Assembly (NCBI GenBank): GCA_001629255.1
Contig: LURZ01000001.1
Coordinates: 6,850 to 70,849, forward strand
Reading direction: 5' to 3'
Length of the DNA: 64,000 nucleotides
From: Marine group II euryarchaeote REDSEA-S42_B7
GTDB taxonomy: Archaea; Thermoplasmatota; Poseidoniia; Poseidoniales; Thalassarchaeaceae
Of this stretch, positions 11,573 through 21,430 are shown in pieces (the first letter of the stretch is position 1; each line of letters starts with the position of its first letter). Made by a program: the position numbers and the translations under genes. The notes beneath the pieces are model-generated. The model did no database searches, was not told the origin of the DNA, and worked only from the letters and a program-made list of their open reading frames with translations.

Positions 11573-11679
11573 CTCATCAACGGGGTCTGAATCACTTGCC
11601 CATCCCCTATCAACATTGGCACATAAGTTCCTGTTCCGCCCTTCTTTAATTTCAAGTATCGTCAGAATTACGGCTATAC

Positions 11680-12636
11680 ATGTCGAGCGTGCACGGCGAC
11701 AGAATCCTCGTTACCGGGGCCCTTGGACAGATAGGTACTGATCTTGTCCAAGCCCTTAGGAGGGAACATGGAAAAGACTCAGTAATCGCATCGGATATAA
11801 GGGATTCAGGTGGCCACTCATCGATTGAAGAAGGCCCCTATGTCCCTCTTGACGTTATGGACACGGATGCTATTTCGACAATTTGCAGGCAAGAGGGAAT
11901 TGGAACAGTATACCATCTAGCTGCGCTTCTTTCTGCGACTGGTGAAAGGAATCCGGATAAATGCAGGAGGGTAAATGTCGGAGGAACTATTTCGGTTCTC
12001 GAGGCGGCTAGGGAATGCTCTCTGAGGGTTTATGCACCCTCGTCCATCGCTGTTTTTGGTCCTGACGCCCCGAAGAATCCTCCTCAGGATGCACCTCTCA
12101 ATCCCACCACTGTCTATGGTGAGACTAAGGTTAGCGGAGAGGCTCTAGCCAGGGAATACAGACGAAGTCACGGAGTCGACACTAGGGGGATTAGGTATCC
12201 AGGACTCATTTCCTACAAAGCCCCTGCCGGAGGTGGCACTACCGACTATGCAGTAGAGATATTCCATGCAGCTCTCGATTCTGGGCATTACGAATGCTTC
12301 GTCAGAGCAGCTACCCGTCTCCCAATGCTATACATGGATGATGCAATCGAAGCCACGCTCACACTCATGGATGCAGAAGACGATCTTCTGGGCGATTCGA
12401 GGGCAGGCTACAACATCCCCTGCCTCTCATTCTCGGCGGAGGAACTAGCAAATGCGATTTCAGATCGGGTTGAAGGGTTCACCTGCGACTTCGTTCCCGA
12501 TGTAAGACAGGAGTATGCTGACTCATGGCCCGACTCAATAGACGGGACGGTGGCAGAGAGAGAGTGGGGGTGGAGCCCTCGCTTCGACCTAGAGTCGATG
12601 GTCGATGAGATGCTCAGAGGAATTTCCGGGAGCTAG
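11680..12636 (+). CDS. L-threonine 3-dehydrogenase-like NAD-dependent epimerase/SDR
   Basis: [43 protein letters not shown]. Confidence 0.82.
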   Translation: MSSVHGDRILVTGALGQIGTDLVQALRREHGKDSVIASDIRDSGGHSSIEEGPYVPLDVMDTDAISTICRQEGIGTVYHLAALLSATGERNPDKCRRVNVGGTISVLEAARECSLRVYAPSSIAVFGPDAPKNPPQDAPLNPTTVYGETKVSGEALAREYRRSHGVDTRGIRYPGLISYKAPAGGGTTDYAVEIFHAALDSGHYECFVRAATRLPMLYMDDAIEATLTLMDAEDDLLGDSRAGYNIPCLSFSAEELANAISDRVEGFTCDFVPDVRQEYADSWPDSIDGTVAEREWGWSPRFDLESMVDEMLRGISGS

Positions 12637-14222
12637 TCCTCTGAACTCTCCCAATCTGGTGTACTTGGGTCCGTCCTGGCCCAGAGGACATCGTCGATCC
12701 TTAGAACGCCGATTGCAGCCTCCGTGGCCGCCGACAAGGCGTTACTAACCACGAATTCTGTGTCCAGAATACCCAACTCTTCCATATCGCAGTTTTTTCC
12801 ACTTTGCAAGTCAAAGCCAACCCACGCCCCGCTATCCTTCTGGTCAGCCGACAAGGAGAGGATGACTTCCACGGGATCCCTCCCCGCATTCTCAGCGAGA
12901 ATCCTAGGAATAGACTCCAGAGCAGAGGCATATGCCTCTATGGCAAGCTGTTCCCTCCCGGACTGGGTCTGCGAGAACGCTCTGAGATGACCAGCTAGGT
13001 GTGCTTGAATGGCCCCTCCACCGGGAAGTACTCCTGGCTTGCTGTTGAGTCGGTGGGCAACTCCAATTGCATCATCGAAAATCCTAATCGCCTCATCCCT
13101 AATCTCCGGAGTCGACCCCCTAATGACCAGAGTCATGCCTCCTCCTAAGCCCTCAATGAGTGTGTGCTTGACTTCGGAGACGACCTCTTCTGACCTCTTC
13201 GAGTAGCTCCCGATATCGTCTGCGCTCAAAACCTCAGCCTTTCTGATTGGGGTTGCACCGGTAATCCGGGAAAGCAAGTCCATGTCCTCCCTCTCGAACC
13301 TCCTGTATGCAGTAATTCCAGAATCCGTGAGCATGGAAACCGCCTCGTCATCAATCCCCTCCCTTACTACCAGCAAATCAACTCCCATTGCCTCGAGGTG
13401 ATCCACTTGCTTTCGCAAGTTCTGCCTTGATCTTCTGTGGAAATCCTGGAGAGTCCCCGGACTACTAATCTCGATAGACGCGCTAATCTCTAATTTCTGC
13501 TTATCCAGGCCGCCATCGATAATTGCTATACGGCCTCCGTCAGAATTTGCCTCAGTGGATATATCGACTCTGGACTTTAGCAACATCAAGCCTCTTTCTA
13601 ATGAGCTATCCATAACTCCGCCTTCCTTAATCTGGAGACGTTTCACAAACATCCTCTCAATATCGTCTCCATCCCCTAAATCGATTAGCGAGTCTGCAGC
13701 CTCGATTGCTAAATCAGACAAGATGTCGCATAGCGACGAATCTCCTTTGCCTTGTAGTGAAGTTCGAATAACTTGGAATTTCTGACTCTGATTGGAGGTC
13801 TTAGAAACCCTTGAAATCTCAGAAATAGCCTCATCCAGCGCCAAGGAGTATCCATTGACAATTATTGATGGATGTACGCCCATCCTCACCAATTCCAGGG
13901 CATTCTGGAGCATCTCCGAAATCAATAGGACCGTGGTGGTGGTTCCGTCCCTCGCAGAACGATCCTGCGATGAAGAGGCATCGATCAACATCCTAGCCGT
14001 GGGATGCTCGACATTGGCGGTCTCCAGAACAGTTACCCCGTCGTTGGTCACCAATGCGGTTCCGTCAGCGTCTACAAGCATCTTATCGAGGCCCTTGGGT
14101 CCTAGCGTAGAGCGAATCGCCCCGGCTAGAGATGAAGCCGCCCTGACGTTGTTTACAAGCGCGGTTCTTCCATGTATTCTATCAGTATCCTCAATAGCCA
14201 AATCGTAATCTGAGTCTACCAT
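12633..14222 (-). CDS. Group II chaperonin (thermosome) subunit, divergent paralogue
   Basis: STLGPKGLDKMLV, TNDGVTVL, HPTA, RDGTTT, PGGGA, IPRILAENAG, LRIDDV. Start probably ATG 14222. Confidence 0.88.
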   Translation of the reverse strand: MVDSDYDLAIEDTDRIHGRTALVNNVRAASSLAGAIRSTLGPKGLDKMLVDADGTALVTNDGVTVLETANVEHPTARMLIDASSSQDRSARDGTTTTVLLISEMLQNALELVRMGVHPSIIVNGYSLALDEAISEISRVSKTSNQSQKFQVIRTSLQGKGDSSLCDILSDLAIEAADSLIDLGDGDDIERMFVKRLQIKEGGVMDSSLERGLMLLKSRVDISTEANSDGGRIAIIDGGLDKQKLEISASIEISSPGTLQDFHRRSRQNLRKQVDHLEAMGVDLLVVREGIDDEAVSMLTDSGITAYRRFEREDMDLLSRITGATPIRKAEVLSADDIGSYSKRSEEVVSEVKHTLIEGLGGGMTLVIRGSTPEIRDEAIRIFDDAIGVAHRLNSKPGVLPGGGAIQAHLAGHLRAFSQTQSGREQLAIEAYASALESIPRILAENAGRDPVEVILSLSADQKDSGAWVGFDLQSGKNCDMEELGILDTEFVVSNALSAATEAAIGVLRIDDVLWARTDPSTPDWESSED

Positions 14223-14357
14223 GGTGCAATGGCCACTGAAGACCCCGTTTTCAATACAATCATCGGGTTCTAGGTCGATTTCGGTCAACCTCCTCCCGTT
14301 TGATTCAAATACCCCCTCCGTCTCCCACTATACAACTCAAGGTTAACTAGTGATACA

Positions 14358-14960
14358 ATGACAGAAGAAAATTGGGACGATTTCGATGAAGAGGCAATGG
14401 ATGAAATGGCCCGAATGTTCGAGCGAATGGGTATGCCAGTGGACGTTGATGTGCTAAGATCTCTGATTAAGCAAGTAAGGAACCAGTTTGAACAGCTGGG
14501 GATTGACCCAAAGAAAGTCTCGATGGACGAGGTCAAGTTAGGTGTAGATTCCGATCCCGAGGAGTTCATGAAGAACTTCGAATCTATGCTGAGCGGCCCC
14601 CAGGGTCTTGGCGAGTTTCTCAAGAAGATGGGATTGGATATTCACATCAAGCCATCAGTCTCGGAGGTCAGAGTAGACGTCGACGAAAGTAATAATTCAG
14701 ACGAGGACAACTCAATTTCTTCCGATGATGTATACATCAAGGAAAACGAGATGTACGTCACTATCGATGTTTCCAGGTACGAGGATATAGATCGGGATAA
14801 CCTCGAAATTAGCCTTACAGGTGGAGGCGAGGTGCTGCAATTGCTAAGGAAGAATCAGATTAGACCATTCAGGAACTTCGTACTTCCACAAGCCTCCTCT
14901 GGAGATTTCCAGTGGGAAATTAACAACGGCATACTGGACATGACATTCGAACTGAAGTAG
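14358..14960 (+). CDS. Hsp20/alpha-crystallin-like protein with long acidic N-terminus
   Basis: C-terminal DVY..VTIDV...[10 protein letters not shown] resembles the alpha-crystallin fold; lies directly upstream of dnaK. Confidence 0.6.
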   Translation: MTEENWDDFDEEAMDEMARMFERMGMPVDVDVLRSLIKQVRNQFEQLGIDPKKVSMDEVKLGVDSDPEEFMKNFESMLSGPQGLGEFLKKMGLDIHIKPSVSEVRVDVDESNNSDEDNSISSDDVYIKENEMYVTIDVSRYEDIDRDNLEISLTGGGEVLQLLRKNQIRPFRNFVLPQASSGDFQWEINNGILDMTFELK

Positions 14961-14988
14961 TTTGAGAAAAAAATCAGGAGAAATAGAA

Positions 14989-16863
14989 ATGGGATCAGCA
15001 GTAATTGGAATTGACCTAGGAACGACAAACAGTTGTGTTGCAACTATAGAAGGAGGAAAAGCGGTAGTGATACCGAACTCGGAGGGCTCCAGAACCACTC
15101 CCAGCGTAGTCGCCTTCTCGAAGGAAGGGGAGAGGCTGGTAGGTGTCACTGCCAAGAGGCAGGCCGTGACTAACTCTGAGAGGACAATAATTTCAGTAAA
15201 GAGAGAGATGGGAACAGATTGGGCGCAAGAAATAGACGGGGACAACTATTCGCCTCAGGAGATATCGGCATTCGTTCTTCAGAAGCTGAAGTCAGATGCA
15301 GAGGAATATTTGGGTACCGAGGTCAAGCAAGCTGTAGTCACTTGCCCAGCGTACTTCTCCGATGCACAAAGAAAGGCAACCAAGGATGCGGGTAGGATTG
15401 CAGGACTAGAGGTTCTCAGAATAATCAACGAGCCGACTGCCGCAGCACTGGCCTACGGAGTCGACAAGGAAGAAGACCAAACGGTCTTGGTTTACGACCT
15501 GGGGGGAGGTACCTTCGATGTGTCCATTCTAGAGATTTACCAGGTCGACGGTCAACCTCAGATAGAGGTTAAAGCAACTAGCGGCGATAACAGACTCGGT
15601 GGTGACGATTTCGATGAGGCGGTTATGGATTGGATAGTCTCCGAGTTCAAGAAATCCACTGGAATAGAACTAGAGAAGGATCTACAGGCAATGAGCAGGA
15701 TCAGAGAAGCCGCCGAGAAGGCCAAAATAGAACTGTCCACAACACCATCCACCCAGATTAATCTACCATTTATCACAATGATCGATGGTCAGCCAGAGCA
15801 TCTAGACATGGCCCTGTCTCGTTCGAAGTTTGAGAAGCTTACAGCGTCTCTTGTTGAGAGGACTATGTCTCCGACCCGTCAGGCAATGAAGGATGCTTCA
15901 ATCAAGAAGGGAAATGTCGACAAGGTCCTGCTAGTAGGCGGCTCAACTAGGATTCCCGCTGTTCAGCAAGCGATTGAGAAGGAGGTCGGTAAGGCCCCAT
16001 TCAAAGGAATAAACCCCGATGAGGCGGTGGCCATGGGTGCCGCCCTCCAAGCTGGAATCATCGTTGGAGACGAGGGAGTCACGGACGTGCTGTTACTGGA
16101 CGTCACGCCCCTCACTCTGGGAATCGAGACTTTGGGAGAGGTTACTACTACGATGATAGAGAGAAACACCACCATTCCCTCTCGTAGGTCTGAGACTTTC
16201 TCTACGGCAGCAGATAACCAACCTGCCGTAGAGGTACATGTATTGCAAGGTGAGAGAGAGTTTGCCAAGGACAACATAACCTTGGGACGTTTCCACCTGA
16301 TGGGGATCCCAGCTGCACCAAGGGGTATCCCGCAGATTGAGGTAACATTCGATATAGATGCAAATGGGATAGTCAACGTTTCCGCTAAGGACTTGGGAAC
16401 AGGAACCGAACAATCGATCAAGATAGAGAGCCAAACCTCTCTTTCCGAGGATGAGATTAGGCAGAAAATAGAGGATGCCGAAAAGTTTGCAGAAGAGGAC
16501 AAGAGGAAGAAGGCTAAGGTAGAGATGCGCAACTCTGCAGACAGCGTAGTCTATCAGACTAGGAAGATGATAGAAGAGAACGAGGAGAAACTCGCCGATG
16601 AAGACACCAAGCCAGTCCTAGAGAAGCTGGACGAACTCGAGGCTCTGATAGTCAAGGACGAGACTCCTGTTCCACTGGAGGAAATAGATGAGGCTGCAAT
16701 CCAGGCAAAGATGTCAGAACTGGAGGAATCAATGCACTCTATCTCAACTAAACTGTACGAAGCCGCGGCTGCAGAGATGGCCGAGGAAAAGGACGATAGC
16801 GGTGACGATGGAGTCGTTGATGCAGACTTCGAGGTCGTTGACTCCGAGGAAGAAGAGGACTGA
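14989..16863 (+). CDS. dnaK: Chaperone DnaK (Hsp70)
   Basis: [54 protein letters not shown] precedes ATG 14989. Confidence 0.98.
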   Translation: MGSAVIGIDLGTTNSCVATIEGGKAVVIPNSEGSRTTPSVVAFSKEGERLVGVTAKRQAVTNSERTIISVKREMGTDWAQEIDGDNYSPQEISAFVLQKLKSDAEEYLGTEVKQAVVTCPAYFSDAQRKATKDAGRIAGLEVLRIINEPTAAALAYGVDKEEDQTVLVYDLGGGTFDVSILEIYQVDGQPQIEVKATSGDNRLGGDDFDEAVMDWIVSEFKKSTGIELEKDLQAMSRIREAAEKAKIELSTTPSTQINLPFITMIDGQPEHLDMALSRSKFEKLTASLVERTMSPTRQAMKDASIKKGNVDKVLLVGGSTRIPAVQQAIEKEVGKAPFKGINPDEAVAMGAALQAGIIVGDEGVTDVLLLDVTPLTLGIETLGEVTTTMIERNTTIPSRRSETFSTAADNQPAVEVHVLQGEREFAKDNITLGRFHLMGIPAAPRGIPQIEVTFDIDANGIVNVSAKDLGTGTEQSIKIESQTSLSEDEIRQKIEDAEKFAEEDKRKKAKVEMRNSADSVVYQTRKMIEENEEKLADEDTKPVLEKLDELEALIVKDETPVPLEEIDEAAIQAKMSELEESMHSISTKLYEAAAAEMAEEKDDSGDDGVVDADFEVVDSEEEED

Positions 16864-18387
16864 TCAATCCTCGGTAATCAGTCTGTGTAGGGTCCTGACG
16901 TGGACACCAGATGTGCCATATTGGAAGAGAGGGTTCGCCCCTTCCGAACGAGCCTTAGATCCAGGTCCCCATGCAGTTCCAGCGATATCTAGATGCACCC
17001 ACGGAATCTTCTCTGCATCCTCCTCGAATCCCCTAGTCGGAACAAAGAACTCTAGGAATGATGCAGCAGTGTTAGAGGAGCCTGCCCTGCCTCCAATCGA
17101 GCCGTTCCTGATGTCAGCGAATGCAGAGTCGGTCATGTACTTGCGGAACTGAGCGTTAAGAGGCATCCTCCAGACAGGCTCCCCGCTCCTCTTTGCAGCC
17201 GCTTTGAGCCTCTTTGCAATCCCCTCATCGTTCGCCCACATTCCCGATATCTGGTTCCCTAGGGCAACAACCACTGCTCCGGTAAGCGTCGCAAGATCCA
17301 CGATGTATTCTGGGTCTAACTCGCCCGCCTTCCATAGTCCATCAGCCAGAACATTCCTGCCCTCGGCATCAGTGCTGAACACCTCGATCGTCTTCCCAGA
17401 GTACGTTTTGAAAACGTCGCCGGGCCTGTAAGCCCCAGACCCGGGCATATTCTCCGCTAGGCAAGCGATTCCGTTCACCCTCCTCTGATATCCGGTGGCG
17501 TGTAGCGAGTGCATTAGGCCGAATACTGTCGCAGCTCCGCACATGTCGTACTTCATGTCCCACATCCCTCCAGTGGGCTTGATCGAAATTCCACCGGTGT
17601 CGAATGTAATTCCCTTCCCTACAATACAGGGCCGCTGCACTCCTTCATCAGCATGCGGATTCAATGTGAATAGGACCATGCAGGGTTTTCGATCGCTCCC
17701 CTTGCCAACGTTGATCAGTCCTCCCATGCCGAGCTCTTGCAGTTTCTCCCAATCGTATACCTCTACCTCTACGTTGACCTTGTCCTTGGCCCAATCCTCC
17801 GCTCTCTTTGCGTATTCCATTGGGTAAAGCACGTTTGCAGGCTCATTGCCCAAGTCCCTTGCTAGATGGACTCCTTCCGCCACTGAACCTACCTTGTTTA
17901 GCCCTCGGGACAATGACTCCTGATACCTCGAGCTTGCTTGGAAAGACACGTTCCAAGGGTCAGATATGTGATCCTTGGGTGACTCTTGATGCTCCAGGAA
18001 CTCGTAGTCTCGAAGCAGCATACCCTCGGCGAAGTCGATCATCCTCTCCACCGACCAACCTGAGGTGAATCTCACCGTCACGTCGATGCCCTTCTTCTTG
18101 GACATGGAAGCTATCAGCCTGGCACCAGTATTCCTAGCCCTCTTGTGTCCGAGAGAATCCTTCTCCCCCATGCCGACCAGGACGATATTGCACCCTGGAG
18201 TCCAAAGCGTCATCCTCTTGCCTTTCTTCCCGTCGAAGCTTCCAGATGAGAGGGCGTCTTTCACCAGACTACGTTGACTCCTACTCAGCCCGCTTAGGGA
18301 GTTGTTTGGCGCCTTATCGACCCCTTCGAAGAGAGGGAGAACCATTTGCGATCCTAATTCTGTAAATTCACTGCTTGCTATATTCAT
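16864..18387 (-). CDS. pepA: Leucyl aminopeptidase (M17)
   Basis: VGKGITFDTGGISIK, MKYDMCGAA, STDAEGRNVLAD, DLATLTGA, HLDIAGTA. Confidence 0.93.
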   Translation of the reverse strand: MNIASSEFTELGSQMVLPLFEGVDKAPNNSLSGLSRSQRSLVKDALSSGSFDGKKGKRMTLWTPGCNIVLVGMGEKDSLGHKRARNTGARLIASMSKKKGIDVTVRFTSGWSVERMIDFAEGMLLRDYEFLEHQESPKDHISDPWNVSFQASSRYQESLSRGLNKVGSVAEGVHLARDLGNEPANVLYPMEYAKRAEDWAKDKVNVEVEVYDWEKLQELGMGGLINVGKGSDRKPCMVLFTLNPHADEGVQRPCIVGKGITFDTGGISIKPTGGMWDMKYDMCGAATVFGLMHSLHATGYQRRVNGIACLAENMPGSGAYRPGDVFKTYSGKTIEVFSTDAEGRNVLADGLWKAGELDPEYIVDLATLTGAVVVALGNQISGMWANDEGIAKRLKAAAKRSGEPVWRMPLNAQFRKYMTDSAFADIRNGSIGGRAGSSNTAASFLEFFVPTRGFEEDAEKIPWVHLDIAGTAWGPGSKARSEGANPLFQYGTSGVHVRTLHRLITED

Positions 18388-18467
18388 ATTTAGCCCCAAA
18401 TAGCCGGTTAGTAACCGGTTTACAAACAATTCCTACTAAAAAATACACTTTCAGAGTCAAAATAATA

Positions 18468-19883
18468 CTAGTGCTTTTCAACTCTGACCTCTCTCTTGCC
18501 TAATGCAGCCAGGAAAATGCAGGCTATGCTAAGAAATACCGATGGCGATGGAAGGGCCGCGTTTCTACTGGGCCTATCCTCGATGATTGAATCGTTGACA
18601 GGTTCCGAGATCCACCCCGAAGCATCTATCACTCTCTTCTGGTAGAATAGGTGGAAAGCTCCTTGGCCATCAGAAATAGGCGCATCTCCGAAGTTAAGAA
18701 TCGACTCCGTGCTGTTGGTGGCGTTCACTCCGAATCCACACCCAGGAGAAGAGTAGTTGAATCCAAGACCCTCAATCTCACAGGGCGATTTTCCTGGATC
18801 ATCTCCGACTGGGAACCATGTTCTCTCCTCTGTAACATACGTCAAGGTGGCGTTACCGGTACTCGCTCTCCCGAGGTTGGACACCTCCAGGCGGACCTCG
18901 CCCCCCCTTTCTATCACCATTGCATCAATGAAGAGACGAGCTCTCCAGTACCAGACATTCTCAATCAGATACAACATCACATCCAGCTCCTCAGCCAGCC
19001 TATCAGATACCGACTCAACCGTCCCAAGCAGGAACTGCTCGTCATCAGTCTCAAACGTGAAAGTCGGGTAGCCCATGACACCATAGCCGTAGTCTCGGCT
19101 AGTGCCGCAATTCGGGTATAGGCCTTGGTTCGCGTTTCGAATAGGAATGTCCGAAATGTTCGAGTTCACTTCGTCTCTAATGTGGTGATACATCTCCCAG
19201 TCAGGAGGTTGCTCTGGCCATTTCCCCCATGGATACAGCATAATCCAAACTCCGGTATGCATCGTGACGTACAAATCTGCATCAGGAACTACATCATTCA
19301 TGTAAATTGAATTTGCAAGAGTCTCTGACTCACTGAATGCAGAGCTCCCTGGCTGAGTGGTAGGGCATGTGTTCCAGTAATGATCGTAGTTTCTATTCAG
19401 GTCTACTTGGTTCACGTTCCATCTGGTATCAAAGTCATTTCCATCTGCATTCAGCATGATTAGGATGTGCAACTCGGTAGTTGAAAGAACATCTATCACA
19501 TCCTGCTCACCATCAGACCACCCCTCGATGTAATACTCTGCAGTGATGAATGCCAACTCCGTCCCCAAATGCTCGTTACCATGATGGCCGCCGTCGATGT
19601 ACACCACTTCTTTGGCAGTTCCATCTGGCTTGGCCTCCAGACTCCAATCTGAAATTTGTAACATCCAGAGATTTCTTCCAAGTTCTGTTTCGCCTACAAC
19701 TAGCAGGTTCACGATATCTGGATGTTCATCCGCCCATGCATTTAGGTCGAGGGTAAGTGTAGCATATGAGTGGTACCAGTGTTCCTGGATAATATCCGGT
19801 TGGCTAATCTGGGCCGATACTGCAGGTGAAACAGATGCAAGTGCAAATGAAGCAACCAGAATTGTCGCTATCCAGCGGCGCAT
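18468..19883 (-). CDS. Secreted zinc carboxypeptidase (M14) with C-terminal membrane anchor
   Basis: Signal peptide MRRWIATILVASFALAS; HHGNE, VDLNRNY, MHTG..LYPWG, FTFET; C-terminal LPSP-TM-KR. Confidence 0.88.
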   Translation of the reverse strand: MRRWIATILVASFALASVSPAVSAQISQPDIIQEHWYHSYATLTLDLNAWADEHPDIVNLLVVGETELGRNLWMLQISDWSLEAKPDGTAKEVVYIDGGHHGNEHLGTELAFITAEYYIEGWSDGEQDVIDVLSTTELHILIMLNADGNDFDTRWNVNQVDLNRNYDHYWNTCPTTQPGSSAFSESETLANSIYMNDVVPDADLYVTMHTGVWIMLYPWGKWPEQPPDWEMYHHIRDEVNSNISDIPIRNANQGLYPNCGTSRDYGYGVMGYPTFTFETDDEQFLLGTVESVSDRLAEELDVMLYLIENVWYWRARLFIDAMVIERGGEVRLEVSNLGRASTGNATLTYVTEERTWFPVGDDPGKSPCEIEGLGFNYSSPGCGFGVNATNSTESILNFGDAPISDGQGAFHLFYQKRVIDASGWISEPVNDSIIEDRPSRNAALPSPSVFLSIACIFLAALGKREVRVEKH

Positions 19884-19911
19884 GCGCCGCTGTAGGGGCA
19901 ATAACGTACAA

Positions 19912-20847
19912 TTATTCTCCTATTTTGGTCTCAGAATTGGCTATGTGGCACGCCACTATCTTCGTCGCGATAAGTGCCGCACTGAACTCAGTCAATGAAC
20001 CCTCAGTCCCTGGAACGATTTCGTTTACGTCCGCACCAACAACTTCGCAATTCCCAGATGCGAATAGATTTTCAATCAATTCTACTGAACCCCAGTGACT
20101 CAATCCCCCTGGAACTGGTGTCCCTGTTGCTGGAACTAGTGAACCATCAAGACCATCAACGTCGAAGGTTAGCCAAACTGGGCCAGAGATGCTTGAAACC
20201 CTCTCCACTAAACTCTCCCATACTAGCCTCCCATCAACGATGGATAGTAGATCTCTTGCGAACCAAGCCTCAACTCTATCTTCGTTCTGTATCGCCTCTT
20301 CTTCTTCATGACTGTATGCTCTAACCCCAATCTGTATGACTCTGCCCACCCCCAAATCCAGAGCTCGACGAATAACTGTCCCATGGGAAAACCTCTCTCC
20401 ATTCAACTCCTCCCTCAGATCAGCATGTGCGTCAATCTGAACTATTGTCAGTTCTGAAATGTCCCTAACTGAAGGGTGCTGGTGTAAATTCTCCAGAATC
20501 GGAAGTAGTATCCCATGTTCGCCCCCAAGAACCAGAGGGAACTCCTGCCCAGTAAACCATGGTCTAACATGTTCTCCGATGGAGTCCAATTGTTCCCTGA
20601 GGCTTGGCGCCTCAGAGGACCATGGTGCCGCAGTGTGAATTCGTGCCCCACTCGGCAGATCTTCTGAGAGAATTGAGTCATGCAACTCTACCTGAGCACT
20701 TGCTTCGATGCATGCCCTAGGGCCGCGACGAGTTCCTTCTCCGTAACTGCAAGTCATCTCAAGAGGAATCTGCAGTATTACGATATCCCAAGGGGCACTT
20801 TCCGACTCCTCAAGTGCGAGGAAAGTATGGCTGCCGGGCTCATCCAT
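19912..20847 (-). CDS. speB: Agmatinase (ureohydrolase family)
   Basis: GGEHGI, QIDAHADL, FSHGT, FDVDGLD, TGTPVPGG. Confidence 0.85.
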   Translation of the reverse strand: MDEPGSHTFLALEESESAPWDIVILQIPLEMTCSYGEGTRRGPRACIEASAQVELHDSILSEDLPSGARIHTAAPWSSEAPSLREQLDSIGEHVRPWFTGQEFPLVLGGEHGILLPILENLHQHPSVRDISELTIVQIDAHADLREELNGERFSHGTVIRRALDLGVGRVIQIGVRAYSHEEEEAIQNEDRVEAWFARDLLSIVDGRLVWESLVERVSSISGPVWLTFDVDGLDGSLVPATGTPVPGGLSHWGSVELIENLFASGNCEVVGADVNEIVPGTEGSLTEFSAALIATKIVACHIANSETKIGE

Positions 20848-20962
20848 GGTTGCTCGAGAAGAGAGCACAGATTAACCACTTCGGGCGGGTTGAGCCATAG
20901 AAATAGAGCAATTAGCAAGATGTTTGAAATAACCTCGGCCTCCATAGCGAGCCGGTGAGAAG

Positions 20963-21373
20963 ATGGGACTAACGCTAGCACAGCTTACTCATGCCATCAA
21001 GAGCAAGGTGGATGTCACTATGGAGACTCATGTGGCTGAGTCAATAGCAGAACATGCATTGGGCTTCTTCGGCTTCTCAAACAGAATTATCGATAATGCA
21101 CTCGAGCCAACAGACAGGAACATGTTCTACCAGTTGCAGGACTATGATCTGTTGACCACGGAGTCCGAGGAGACCACCCTCTGGGATGGAAGGGAGTGGA
21201 GAATTCACTACTGGAAGTTCAAAGCAAACGCTGAGAACTTCGCCAACTTGGCTGTTCAGAATGAAGACAAGGGAGAGGAGGATCCATATGCTGATATCTA
21301 TGACGGTATGCCTGCAGGTCTTTGGAGAGAGAGGTCAGGGGTGGACGACGACTATGAGGAGCCATTGTTCTAG
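20963..21373 (+). CDS. Conserved Thermoplasmatota protein (DUF6015-like)
   Basis: FFGFSNRIIDNALEP..R..FY.L....LLTTE.EETTLWDGREWRIHYW pattern, recognised from memory. Confidence 0.6.
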   Translation: MGLTLAQLTHAIKSKVDVTMETHVAESIAEHALGFFGFSNRIIDNALEPTDRNMFYQLQDYDLLTTESEETTLWDGREWRIHYWKFKANAENFANLAVQNEDKGEEDPYADIYDGMPAGLWRERSGVDDDYEEPLF

Positions 21374-21430
21374 TGGTGCTAGCAGTCATGCCAGGAATTG
21401 TTTGAAATGCCGCAGTGTGCGGAGGACAAC

